Assembly: GCA_913063435.1 (NCBI GenBank)
Contig: CAJXYI010000001.1
Coordinates: 4,527 to 68,526 of the forward strand
Direction of reading: 5' to 3'
From: an uncultured Actinomycetales bacterium
Lineage (GTDB): Bacteria > Actinomycetota > Actinomycetes > S36-B12
DNA length: 64,000 nucleotides
Part shown: one piece after another, positions 19,245 through 27,214 of the stretch
Layout: every line of letters begins with the position of its first letter
Position numbering within the stretch: position 1 is the stretch's first letter
The notes under the pieces: model-generated
Told to the model about the DNA's origin: nothing
The model's database searches: none
Seen by the model: only the letters and a program-made list of their open reading frames with translations
Made by a program: the position numbers and the translations under genes

Positions 19245-20069
19245 TCAGTTGCGGCTGGCCGACAGGCGCACGCCCGCACCAACGAGGCCGATCGCGGCGA
19301 CGCCGGCCAGAGCCAGTGCCCACATGGGGGTGCCGGTGGTGGAGCCGCCGCCGGCGGGCACGACATCCGGGCCTGCACCGAGACCGGTGATGACCTGGGT
19401 GGCCAGAGCGAGGTTGCCCTCTTCGGCCGAACCCCACGCGTACACGATCGTGTTGGCGCCCTCAGCCAGGCTCACCGGCGCCGGGCCGATCGCGGTGGTG
19501 TCGGTTCCGGCGAGGTTCACCGCGGCCTCGTAGTCGCCCGCAGGAACGGTGGCCAGATCCTGGTTGGGGTTGGTCAGGTTGGCGAAGAGCACCGCACCAT
19601 CGGCGAGCACATCGACGGCCGGGGCCGCGGCGACGTGGCGCACGGTCAGACGAGCTTCGCCCGCGGCGATCGGCTCGATGTCGTTGACGAAGACGTTCAG
19701 CGCCGGTGCGCCATCAGCATCCAGGTTCGCGGTGACGGTGGCGTTGATGCCCGCGGGCACCTCGACACCATCAGCGGACAGGACCGGGTCAGCGTCATCG
19801 GGGGTGGTGCCATCGGCGTAGACGGCCAGGTCGTAGCTGCCGGCCGGGACCATCATGGTCTCCAGCGTGCCCGGGGTGAAGTCGTCGATGAGCAGGTTGC
19901 CATTGGCATACACGTCGACCACGTCAGCGCCAGCACCCTCGGGGATGCCATGCAGGACCGAGACGGTCGCCTCGTCGGCGGCGGAGGCCGGGGTGATGGC
20001 CAGGGCGAAGCCGAGGGGGAGGGTCGCGGCGGCGGCGATCACGCCGGCGCGGCGGATGTTTCGGGTCAT
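19245..20069 (-). CDS. DUF4397-domain secreted protein with C-terminal sortase-type sorting signal
   Basis: Signal peptide ending ASA-A, VSVLHGIP..VDVY, RLTVRHVAAAPAVDV; C-terminal VPAGG + hydrophobic helix + basic tail. Confidence 0.85.
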   Translation of the reverse strand: MTRNIRRAGVIAAAATLPLGFALAITPASAADEATVSVLHGIPEGAGADVVDVYANGNLLIDDFTPGTLETMMVPAGSYDLAVYADGTTPDDADPVLSADGVEVPAGINATVTANLDADGAPALNVFVNDIEPIAAGEARLTVRHVAAAPAVDVLADGAVLFANLTNPNQDLATVPAGDYEAAVNLAGTDTTAIGPAPVSLAEGANTIVYAWGSAEEGNLALATQVITGLGAGPDVVPAGGGSTTGTPMWALALAGVAAIGLVGAGVRLSASRN

Positions 20070-20124
20070 GGATGTACCTTCCGATAGGGATCGATCGCGA
20101 ATCGATCGACTCTCTATCTGCTTC

Positions 20125-20151
20125 TTCGGTCGGAGGTGCCCCTACGGATGC
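20125..20151 (-). promoter_or_regulatory. Putative ECF (SigK-type) promoter of the DUF4397 operon
   Basis: Minus strand GCATCC-N16-CCGAA, about 55 nt upstream of the DUF4397 ATG; resembles the mycobacterial SigK consensus (CCATCC...CCGAA, recalled). Confidence 0.6.
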
Positions 20152-21023
20152 ACCCGGGACGAAGTTTTTTCCTTCGCCCCCTCCAGGTCCCACCAGATCG
20201 TGGCCAGGCGTCGGAGAGTGCCGCGATCGGCGGCCGTGACCGCCTCAGCGATCTCGTCTGCGCGGTCGACCGGCAGGCACAGGCGGACGCAGGTGGCCTC
20301 GGCCTGTGCGCGGGGATCGAGGGCGGTCCGCTCGGTGACGTCATCGAATTCGATCAGGTGTGCGTCATAGCCGGCCTCGCGGATGATCGCCAGGGCGTCA
20401 TCGGCGGTGGGTGACGTGGGGCGGTCGAGGTCCCAGAACTGCTTCCACAGTGGGTTCATCCAGGTCAGGGGGTGGCGCGTGGGGAGCTCGAGGACGACGC
20501 GGCGGTGAGCGTGCTCGCTCAGGGCCTGGACGAATCCGGCCAGGTCGGGCACGTTGTAGGCGACGTGGTGGCACACGACGACATCGGCGATCGGCGTGCG
20601 TGGGGCCGCCTCGGGCCAGTCACCCAGGATCTCGGTGTGGACGACACCGCGCTGGTCTGCGGTGGCGGCGAAGGCCTCGAGCATGCCCTGCTGATGATCG
20701 ACTCCGATCACCGAACCGGCCGGGGGGACGAGGGCGAAGGCAGCCCGGCCGCCACCGCAACCGACGTCGAGCACGCTGCCGTTTTCTGGGCCACCTTCGA
20801 GTAGCGCGTCGCGCGCTGCGGAGTGCGACGGGGAGTCGGGAACGGGGCCGTCGGGGGCGAGGAACTGCGCGACGGGATGGATCCAGGGGTTTGCCGGGGC
20901 CTGGGCCATGATCTCGTCCGGGATCGCCCAGGCCGCCAGATCCTGCGCCCACCTCTGCTGGATGGTGAGTGGGTCGTTCCGGTCGGCGCTCCGGCGGGCG
21001 GTGGTGGTTCGTTCGTCGGACAT
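20142..21023 (-). CDS. Class I SAM-dependent methyltransferase
   Basis: VLDVGCGGGRA motif I, GVD, ADVVVCHHVAYNV; TAGGCT -10 six nt upstream of the ATG. Confidence 0.85.
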   Translation of the reverse strand: MSDERTTTARRSADRNDPLTIQQRWAQDLAAWAIPDEIMAQAPANPWIHPVAQFLAPDGPVPDSPSHSAARDALLEGGPENGSVLDVGCGGGRAAFALVPPAGSVIGVDHQQGMLEAFAATADQRGVVHTEILGDWPEAAPRTPIADVVVCHHVAYNVPDLAGFVQALSEHAHRRVVLELPTRHPLTWMNPLWKQFWDLDRPTSPTADDALAIIREAGYDAHLIEFDDVTERTALDPRAQAEATCVRLCLPVDRADEIAEAVTAADRGTLRRLATIWWDLEGAKEKTSSRVHP

Positions 21024-21059
21024 GCAGCCAGCCTAGGCGTGATTGCGGGGGTTGACCGG

Positions 21060-21081
21060 TGTCGGACCGGGGAGGTACCGT
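21060..21081 (+). promoter_or_regulatory. PafBC-type (RecA-independent DNA-damage) promoter motif
   Basis: TGTCGG-ACCGGGGAGG-TACCGT = TGTCGG-N10-TA-N3-T. Confidence 0.75.
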
Positions 21082-21091
21082 GATGCATCTA

Positions 21092-21107
21092 TCGAACATC
21101 TGTACGA
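21092..21107. promoter_or_regulatory. LexA (SOS) box, actinobacterial type
   Basis: TCGAAC-ATCT-GTACGA, one mismatch to TCGAAC-N4-GTTCGA, just downstream of the -10 and upstream of a translesion polymerase operon. Confidence 0.78.
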
Positions 21108-21149
21108 TAAGCATCACGGGTCACCCCGTCCGATCCACCGGAGGTCGCC

Positions 21150-21470
21150 ATGGCTGCTCCCGCCGCCACCCGTCAGCATTCGACGGCTCAGCATTCGAGC
21201 GGTCAGCACGCGATCGTCGAGCGATGCGCATCCGATGGCGCGCCCCAGCAGTATCGCGCGGGGGGCCGACACTACGTGGTGACCGAGGTGCACGGGCACT
21301 GGGTCACCGGCACCCCGTGGTGGTTGACCGGCCAGGACGTCGACACCCACACCTGGCGGGTGACGGTCGCTGCCGACTCCCCGCGAGGTTCCCGCGGCTC
21401 CGGCCGCGTGGTCGAACTGCGGGCTACCGGCAGCCACTGGCAGCTCACCCGCGTGGGAGGTGCCCGATGA
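21150..21470 (+). CDS. Small DUF6504-like protein
   Basis: GAPQQY..GGRHYVVTEV.GHW....PWW......TWRV.....G...L......WQL.RV; GGAGG RBS; overlaps the next start (ATGA). Confidence 0.7.
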   Translation: MAAPAATRQHSTAQHSSGQHAIVERCASDGAPQQYRAGGRHYVVTEVHGHWVTGTPWWLTGQDVDTHTWRVTVAADSPRGSRGSGRVVELRATGSHWQLTRVGGAR

Positions 21471-21850
21471 GCGCCCCGACCGACCTGCTCATCGCGGCCC
21501 GGCGCGGATTGCTCGAAGCGACCCTCGCCGACACCGCGGCTGCCCGCTACGCCGCCGCCCACCTAGCCGCGCTGCGCGCTGCTGCCGCAGTCCTCGCTGC
21601 GCGGGCTCGACCGAACGGGCGCCGGTCTGGCCCGCGCAGCGTCTGGCTGCTGCTGCCGCGCGTGGCTCCCGAACTCACCGAGTGGGCCCAGTTCTTCGCC
21701 GCCGGATCAGCCAAACGATCCCTGGCCGGTGCGGGTGTCGCGGTGGTGAGCATGCGCGAGGCCGACGACCTGTTGCGCGATGCGCAGGCCTTCTGCGACC
21801 TCGTGGCCTCCACGGTCCCGGGGCAGGCGGTTCTGCCGGCGACAGGATGA
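21467..21850 (+). CDS. SAV_6107-like HEPN-domain protein
   Basis: RYAAAHLAALRAAAAVLA, SVWLLLPRVAPELTEWAQFFAAGSAKR, READDLLRDA; GGGAGG RBS before ATG 21467. Confidence 0.82.
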   Translation: MSAPTDLLIAARRGLLEATLADTAAARYAAAHLAALRAAAAVLAARARPNGRRSGPRSVWLLLPRVAPELTEWAQFFAAGSAKRSLAGAGVAVVSMREADDLLRDAQAFCDLVASTVPGQAVLPATG

Positions 21851-21853
21851 GCG

Positions 21854-24800
21854 GTGCCCGCTAAGTCGACAGGGGGGCTGCCGTTCGCGCATCTGCATGT
21901 CGCCTCGTCCTTCTCGATGCAGTACGGCGTCACTTCACCGGAGGATCTCGTTGCACGTGCGGTGCAGCACGGTCAGTCCGCGCTCGCGGTGACCGACCGT
22001 GATGGGGTGCGCGGTGCCGTGCGGTTCGTGCGCGCGGCGGCCGCGGTCGGACTGCCCAGCGTGCTTGGTGCCGAGGTGCGCATCGCGCCGGCCACACCCC
22101 ACCGGTCTCAAGAAGTGAGCACGGGTGGGCGGCGCACTCCGGTGCGCGGAGGGACCTGGCGTGATGTGCCCACCCAGCGGGTGGTTCTTCTCGCCCGCGA
22201 CCGGCGCGGGTGGGCGTCACTGTGTCGGCTGCTCAGCACCGCCTACACCCGCGAACCGGCAGCACTCACCCTCGATGATCTCGCCGATCGTCACGAGGGA
22301 TTATTCGTGCTGCTCGGCCCACGCAGCGATGTCGTCGCCGCGATCGACGCCCGCCGTTTCGATCTCGCCGAGCAGGCCGTCGCGCCCTGGCGGGAGATCT
22401 TCGGTGCGCACCTGCGCATCCAGATCACCTCTCATCGCCACGAACGCGGGGCCCTGTCCACCGCAACCGCCGCCCGCACCCTCGGTTGGGCGCGCGAGCG
22501 TGGCCTGGCCACGGTGCTCGCCCACGCGGTGCGGTTCGCCGATCCGGAACAGGCGCGCATCAGTGACATCCTCGATGCGGCCCGGCGTCTGGTTCCCCTC
22601 GATGTCCGCCATCGCGAACGAGTCAACGCGCAAGGATTCCTCGCCGACACCACCTTCATGACCGACCTCGCCGGTGAGATCGCCCGGGCAGCTGGTGCAG
22701 GCGGCGATGTCGCGCGAGGCCTGCTCACGGATGCGGCCGAACTCGCCGAGCAGTGCGCGCTCCCCCCTGCCGATCTGGGCATCGGCGAGGTGTTCGTGCC
22801 CGAGGATTCCCTCGTGCTGCCAGCCGGTGTGCACGATGCCGATGCGATTCTGCGGGCACGCTGTGTCGCAGGTCTGCCTCGATACACCGGAGCCCAGGCT
22901 CGCGAAGCCACCACTCGCCTCGATGCCGAACTGCGCACGATCACCACGATGGGTTTCGCCACGTACTTCCTCACCGTCACCGAGGTCGTCGACCTGGCCC
23001 GGGCCCGGGGCATCCGCGTCGCCGCCCGCGGCTCAGGAGCCGGCAGCCTCGTCGTGCATCTGCTCGGCATCAGCGGGGTCGACCCGATCGAGCACGGGCT
23101 GCTCATGGAACGTTTCTGCACCCCGCTGCGCCGCGAGCTGCCCGATATCGACATCGATGTCGAATCAGCACGACGCACCGAGGTCTACGACGCGATCCTC
23201 GAACGTTTCGGCACCGACCGGGTCGCCTGCGTATCGATGCCCGAGACCTATCGGGTCCGCCACGCCATTCGAGACGTCGGTGCGGCACTGGGCTGGCCGC
23301 CCGGTGAGATCGACATGATCGCCAAGGCATTCCCGCGGGTGCGGGCCCGGCAGGTGCGCGCGGTGCTCGCCGAATTACCCGAACTGCGCAACTCCGGTCT
23401 CGGTCGCCTCGCCGCTCGCGGCGAGTTGGACATGGTGCTCGATCTCGTCGAGGGACTCGATGGTCTGCCCCGCCACCTTGCGATGCACCCGTGCGGGGTG
23501 GTCATCTCCGATGCGAGCCTGCTCGATCGCACGCCGGTCGAACCCAGCGGCGCCGGCTATCCGATGTCTTCTTTCGATAAGGACGACGTCGAACACCTCG
23601 GTCTGCTCAAACTCGATGTGCTCGGGGTGCGGATGCAATCGGCACTCGCGTACGCCGTAGACGAAGTCGCTCGCATCGACGGTGAACGCATCGATCTCGA
23701 TGCGATTCCCCAAGACGATGATCGTGCCTTCGCGCTCGTGCAATCCACACGCACCTTGGGATGCTTCCAGATCGAATCGCCCGGTCAGCGGGAACTCATC
23801 GGCAAGTTCGCCCCCGAGACGTTCCACGATCTCATCGTCGACATCTCGCTGTTCCGCCCCGGTCCGATCTCCTCGGACATGATCACCCCGTTCCTCGACG
23901 CCCGACACGGTTGGCGCGAACCGTCGTATCTGCACGACGACCTGCGCCCGATCCTCGCCGAGACCTACGGCGTCGTGGTGTTCCACGAACAGGTCCTACG
24001 CATCATCGCCACGATGACCGGATGCTCCCTGGCCGAGGCTGATGAAACCCGACGCAGTATGAAGACCCCCGATGTGCGTGCCGAGATCCAGCAGTGGTTC
24101 GTTCCCACCGCACGTCATCGTGGATACGACGACGCGACCGTCGATGCAGTGTGGGAGGTACTCGAAGGGTTCGCCTCCTTCGGCTTCTGCAAAGCCCATG
24201 CCGCCGCGTTCGCACTACCGACCTATCAATCGGCATGGTTCAAAGCACATCACCCGGCGGCGTTCCTCGCTGGAGTTCTGACCCACGATCCCGGCATGTA
24301 TCCCAAGCGGCTCATCCTCGACGACGCACGCAACTTCAAGATCACGATCCTCGGACTCGACATCAATGTCAGTGATGATTGCTATCGCGTGGAGCGGGTG
24401 CCGAGCGGTTTCGGTATTCGTCTGTCACTACTCGATGTATCGGGCATGTCGGCCGAATACGTCGATCGCATCGTGGCGAACCGGCCCTATGCCGATCTGC
24501 CCGATTTCCAGCACCGTGTTGGATTGCCGTTAGCCATGACCGAGAAACTCATCCGTGCCGGAGCCTTCGACGATGTGTATGGGTTGAGGCGAGCGTCAGC
24601 CCCGCGCGGTGCCACTGGGATCACGCACCGCGATCTGCTGCTGCAGGCTGCCGACCTGGCTCGGGGATCCCATCGTGGTGAGCACAGGCAAGCGCAACTC
24701 GAACCGAGGGGATCCGTCGAACAGCTCAGTTTCGATTCCCTCCAAGCAGCCAGCTCAGTCGCGATGACCGAATCTGCACAGGCCCCTGTACAGGCCCCCG

Positions 24801-25366
24801 CACGGGCCCCCGCATCGACCGGACTGCCGGAGGTGACCGACGCCGAACGCGTCGAAGCGGAATTGCAGATCCTCGGACTCGACGTCACCCGTCACGTCGT
24901 GGACTTCCACGCCGAACTACTCGATCACCTTGCAGTGACCCGCTCCCGCGACCTGCTGGGATGTCGCACACGTTCCACCGTGCTCGTCGCCGGGACCGTG
25001 ATCATGAATCAGACCCCACCGGTGCGCAGCGGACGTCGTGTCATCTTCACCACTCTCGACGACGCGACCGGTCCGATCGACATCGCGTTCTTCGACGATG
25101 TGCAGCACGCCTGTGCCACGACGGTCCTCACCGCTGACATGCTGCTCGTGCGCGGCATTACCCGACGTACCGGACCTCGGGGGATCTCCATCCGCGCCAC
25201 TGCCTGCTGGGATCTCGATGAGGTGCAGCGCGTCTGGCGTGACGCGGGCCTCGCTGGTGTGCGCATGCTGCTCGGCGAGGGTCGCAATGATGATCGCAGC
25301 GATCATCGCGGTGTGGCGCACAATGGGGTTGTGCGTCATCCCTATCTGCTCCCAGGTTCTCGCTGA
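21854..25366 (+). CDS. dnaE2: DNA polymerase III alpha subunit, error-prone DnaE2-like
   Basis: PHP HLHVAS..S..YG, ARGSGAGS, PDIDIDVES, HPCG, KLDVLG, FQIESPGQ, FGFCKAHA, OB-fold PPVRSGRRVIFTTLDD.TG; SOS box upstream. Confidence 0.88.
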   Translation: MPAKSTGGLPFAHLHVASSFSMQYGVTSPEDLVARAVQHGQSALAVTDRDGVRGAVRFVRAAAAVGLPSVLGAEVRIAPATPHRSQEVSTGGRRTPVRGGTWRDVPTQRVVLLARDRRGWASLCRLLSTAYTREPAALTLDDLADRHEGLFVLLGPRSDVVAAIDARRFDLAEQAVAPWREIFGAHLRIQITSHRHERGALSTATAARTLGWARERGLATVLAHAVRFADPEQARISDILDAARRLVPLDVRHRERVNAQGFLADTTFMTDLAGEIARAAGAGGDVARGLLTDAAELAEQCALPPADLGIGEVFVPEDSLVLPAGVHDADAILRARCVAGLPRYTGAQAREATTRLDAELRTITTMGFATYFLTVTEVVDLARARGIRVAARGSGAGSLVVHLLGISGVDPIEHGLLMERFCTPLRRELPDIDIDVESARRTEVYDAILERFGTDRVACVSMPETYRVRHAIRDVGAALGWPPGEIDMIAKAFPRVRARQVRAVLAELPELRNSGLGRLAARGELDMVLDLVEGLDGLPRHLAMHPCGVVISDASLLDRTPVEPSGAGYPMSSFDKDDVEHLGLLKLDVLGVRMQSALAYAVDEVARIDGERIDLDAIPQDDDRAFALVQSTRTLGCFQIESPGQRELIGKFAPETFHDLIVDISLFRPGPISSDMITPFLDARHGWREPSYLHDDLRPILAETYGVVVFHEQVLRIIATMTGCSLAEADETRRSMKTPDVRAEIQQWFVPTARHRGYDDATVDAVWEVLEGFASFGFCKAHAAAFALPTYQSAWFKAHHPAAFLAGVLTHDPGMYPKRLILDDARNFKITILGLDINVSDDCYRVERVPSGFGIRLSLLDVSGMSAEYVDRIVANRPYADLPDFQHRVGLPLAMTEKLIRAGAFDDVYGLRRASAPRGATGITHRDLLLQAADLARGSHRGEHRQAQLEPRGSVEQLSFDSLQAASSVAMTESAQAPVQAPARAPASTGLPEVTDAERVEAELQILGLDVTRHVVDFHAELLDHLAVTRSRDLLGCRTRSTVLVAGTVIMNQTPPVRSGRRVIFTTLDDATGPIDIAFFDDVQHACATTVLTADMLLVRGITRRTGPRGISIRATACWDLDEVQRVWRDAGLAGVRMLLGEGRNDDRSDHRGVAHNGVVRHPYLLPGSR

Positions 25367-26676
25367 TGAGTCGCCGGCAACTCGGTCGCCCCGCGGCCGC
25401 AGCGAACCTGGGGGACGACGACACCGACTGCACGATCTTGCACGTCGACATGGATGCGTTCTACGCCTCCGTCGAATTGATCGATCGCCCGGATCTGCAC
25501 GGCCGGGCTGTCATCGTCGGTGGCGGTGAACGCGGGGTCGTGCTGTCGGCGACCTATGAAGCACGAGCGCTCGGTGTGCACTCTGCGATGCCGATGTCCC
25601 GCGCCCGCAGGGTTGCTCCCGATGCGCTCGTCATCACCCCGCATCACGAGCGCTACGCCGAGGTCAGTGCCCAGGTGATGGATATCTTCGCGTCCATCAG
25701 TCCGCTGGTCGAGCCACTCAGTCTCGACGAAGCGTTCCTCGATATCGCCGGTGCGCGTCGACGCCTGGGGGCACCCACGCGCATCGCGGAACTGATCCGC
25801 ACCCGGGTGCACGATGAAGCACGCATCACCTGCAGTGTCGGCGTCGCGCATACGAAATTCATTGCCAAACTCGCCTCCACCGCGATCAAGCCCGATGGGC
25901 TCCTCGTCGTTCCCAGGGACGCGACATTGGACTTCTTGCATCCGCTCCCCGTGAGCGCACTGTGGGGAGTCGGTGACCGGACCGAGGAACGCTTGATCGC
26001 GCTGGGATTGCGCACCGTCGGGGATATCGCGCAGACACCGGTGGACACCTTGACCCGGGCGCTGGGTGCCGCTTCGGGGGAGCGGCTATTCGATCTCGCC
26101 TGGGGCCGTGACGACCGGCGAGTCGTTCCCGATTCACCCGAGAAGAGCATCGGGAATGAGGAGACCTTCGCCCGCGACATCGACGATCCCGTCCTCATCG
26201 GAGCCGAACTGCTCCGATTAGCCGAGAAAGTCGCTGCACGCGCGCGCGCACGTGGTCTGGCTGGGCGGACGGTGGCCATCAAGATCCGGTTCGCGGATTT
26301 CACCACCATCACCCGGTCACGGACCCTGACCACCGCCACCGATATCGGACATGAGATCCATGCCGTAGCCCAGGATCTGTATGCCGCACTCGGATTGCAG
26401 CGGGTCCGCATCCGCCTCGTCGGGGTTCGCCTGGAGGGTCTGGTCCCGGCGGGGGATCGGATCGATCAACTCAGCCTGCTGCCCGATGCCGAGGTCGATC
26501 CGGCCGACTGGCGGGCAGCTGAAACCGCCGCCGACGGGCTGAGGGCCAGATTCGGCCCGGCCGCCCCTCGTCCGGCCCGGTTGCTGCCTCCTCACGGGCA
26601 GTCCGACCGCCCAGGCGGCAGGCACGGGTCACCGGATGGTCACGATCACCGCGACGGCGCCTCGCGTGAGGGCTGA
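25366..26676 (+). CDS. dinB: DNA polymerase IV (Y family)
   Basis: ILHVDMDAFYASVE, SATYEAR..GV.SAMP, SLDEAFLD, AKLAS..KPDG, LWGVG, KSIGNEETF, clamp motif QLSLL. Confidence 0.95.
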   Translation: MSRRQLGRPAAAANLGDDDTDCTILHVDMDAFYASVELIDRPDLHGRAVIVGGGERGVVLSATYEARALGVHSAMPMSRARRVAPDALVITPHHERYAEVSAQVMDIFASISPLVEPLSLDEAFLDIAGARRRLGAPTRIAELIRTRVHDEARITCSVGVAHTKFIAKLASTAIKPDGLLVVPRDATLDFLHPLPVSALWGVGDRTEERLIALGLRTVGDIAQTPVDTLTRALGAASGERLFDLAWGRDDRRVVPDSPEKSIGNEETFARDIDDPVLIGAELLRLAEKVAARARARGLAGRTVAIKIRFADFTTITRSRTLTTATDIGHEIHAVAQDLYAALGLQRVRIRLVGVRLEGLVPAGDRIDQLSLLPDAEVDPADWRAAETAADGLRARFGPAAPRPARLLPPHGQSDRPGGRHGSPDGHDHRDGASREG

Positions 26677-26739
26677 ACGGCAGGTACTGTTAGACGTGCA
26701 CTGACCTCAGGGCTGCCCGGCGTGGGTTACCCTGCCAGC

Positions 26740-26775
26740 ACAGACGAGTCGCCACGGACAGCCGAGTCGCCACGA
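26740..26775 (+). repeat. 18-bp tandem repeat just upstream of the DUF3040 RBS
   Basis: ACAGACGAGTCGCCACGG / ACAGCCGAGTCGCCACGA, 16/18 identical. Confidence 0.55.
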
Positions 26776-26785
26776 GGAGGACGCC

Positions 26786-27214
26786 ATGCCGCTTTCGGAG
26801 CATGAGCAGCGACTGCTAGAGCAGATGGAGCAGGCGCTGTATGCCGAGGATCCGAAGTTCGCGACCTCGCTGCGCAGCAATTCCAGTGGTCGGGCGAGTC
26901 GAGGCCGAGCAGCACTCGGCGTCATCGTCTTTCTCGTCGGTGTAGCCACCCTGCTCGGTGGTGCCATCATCCCGCTGATCCCTCTCGGGGTCGCGGGCTT
27001 CGCCATCATGGTTCTCGGCGCGCTCTTGGCCTATCTCGGTCTGCGGCCCGGTCCGGCGGTGGCGCAAACAGAAGCCGAGCCGACAGGCGATGCTGCCCCC
27101 GGCGGGCAAGCCCCGGGCCGACCGAGCAAATCCAAGCCGGCCGGTGGGTTCATGGACCGTCTGGAAGATCGCTGGCAGCGCCGACGCGAACAGGGACCCG
27201 GCCAGGATCTGTGA
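26786..27214 (+). CDS. DUF3040 membrane protein
   Basis: MPLSEHEQRLLEQMEQALYAEDPKFA, two TM helices, FMDRLEDRWQRRR; GAGGAGG RBS. Confidence 0.92.
   Translation: MPLSEHEQRLLEQMEQALYAEDPKFATSLRSNSSGRASRGRAALGVIVFLVGVATLLGGAIIPLIPLGVAGFAIMVLGALLAYLGLRPGPAVAQTEAEPTGDAAPGGQAPGRPSKSKPAGGFMDRLEDRWQRRREQGPGQDL

Noticed and set aside
24776-24811. Three 12-bp repeats (AQAP-VQAP-ARAP) inside dnaE2
   Set aside because: In-frame low-complexity linker; no intein or frameshift signal.
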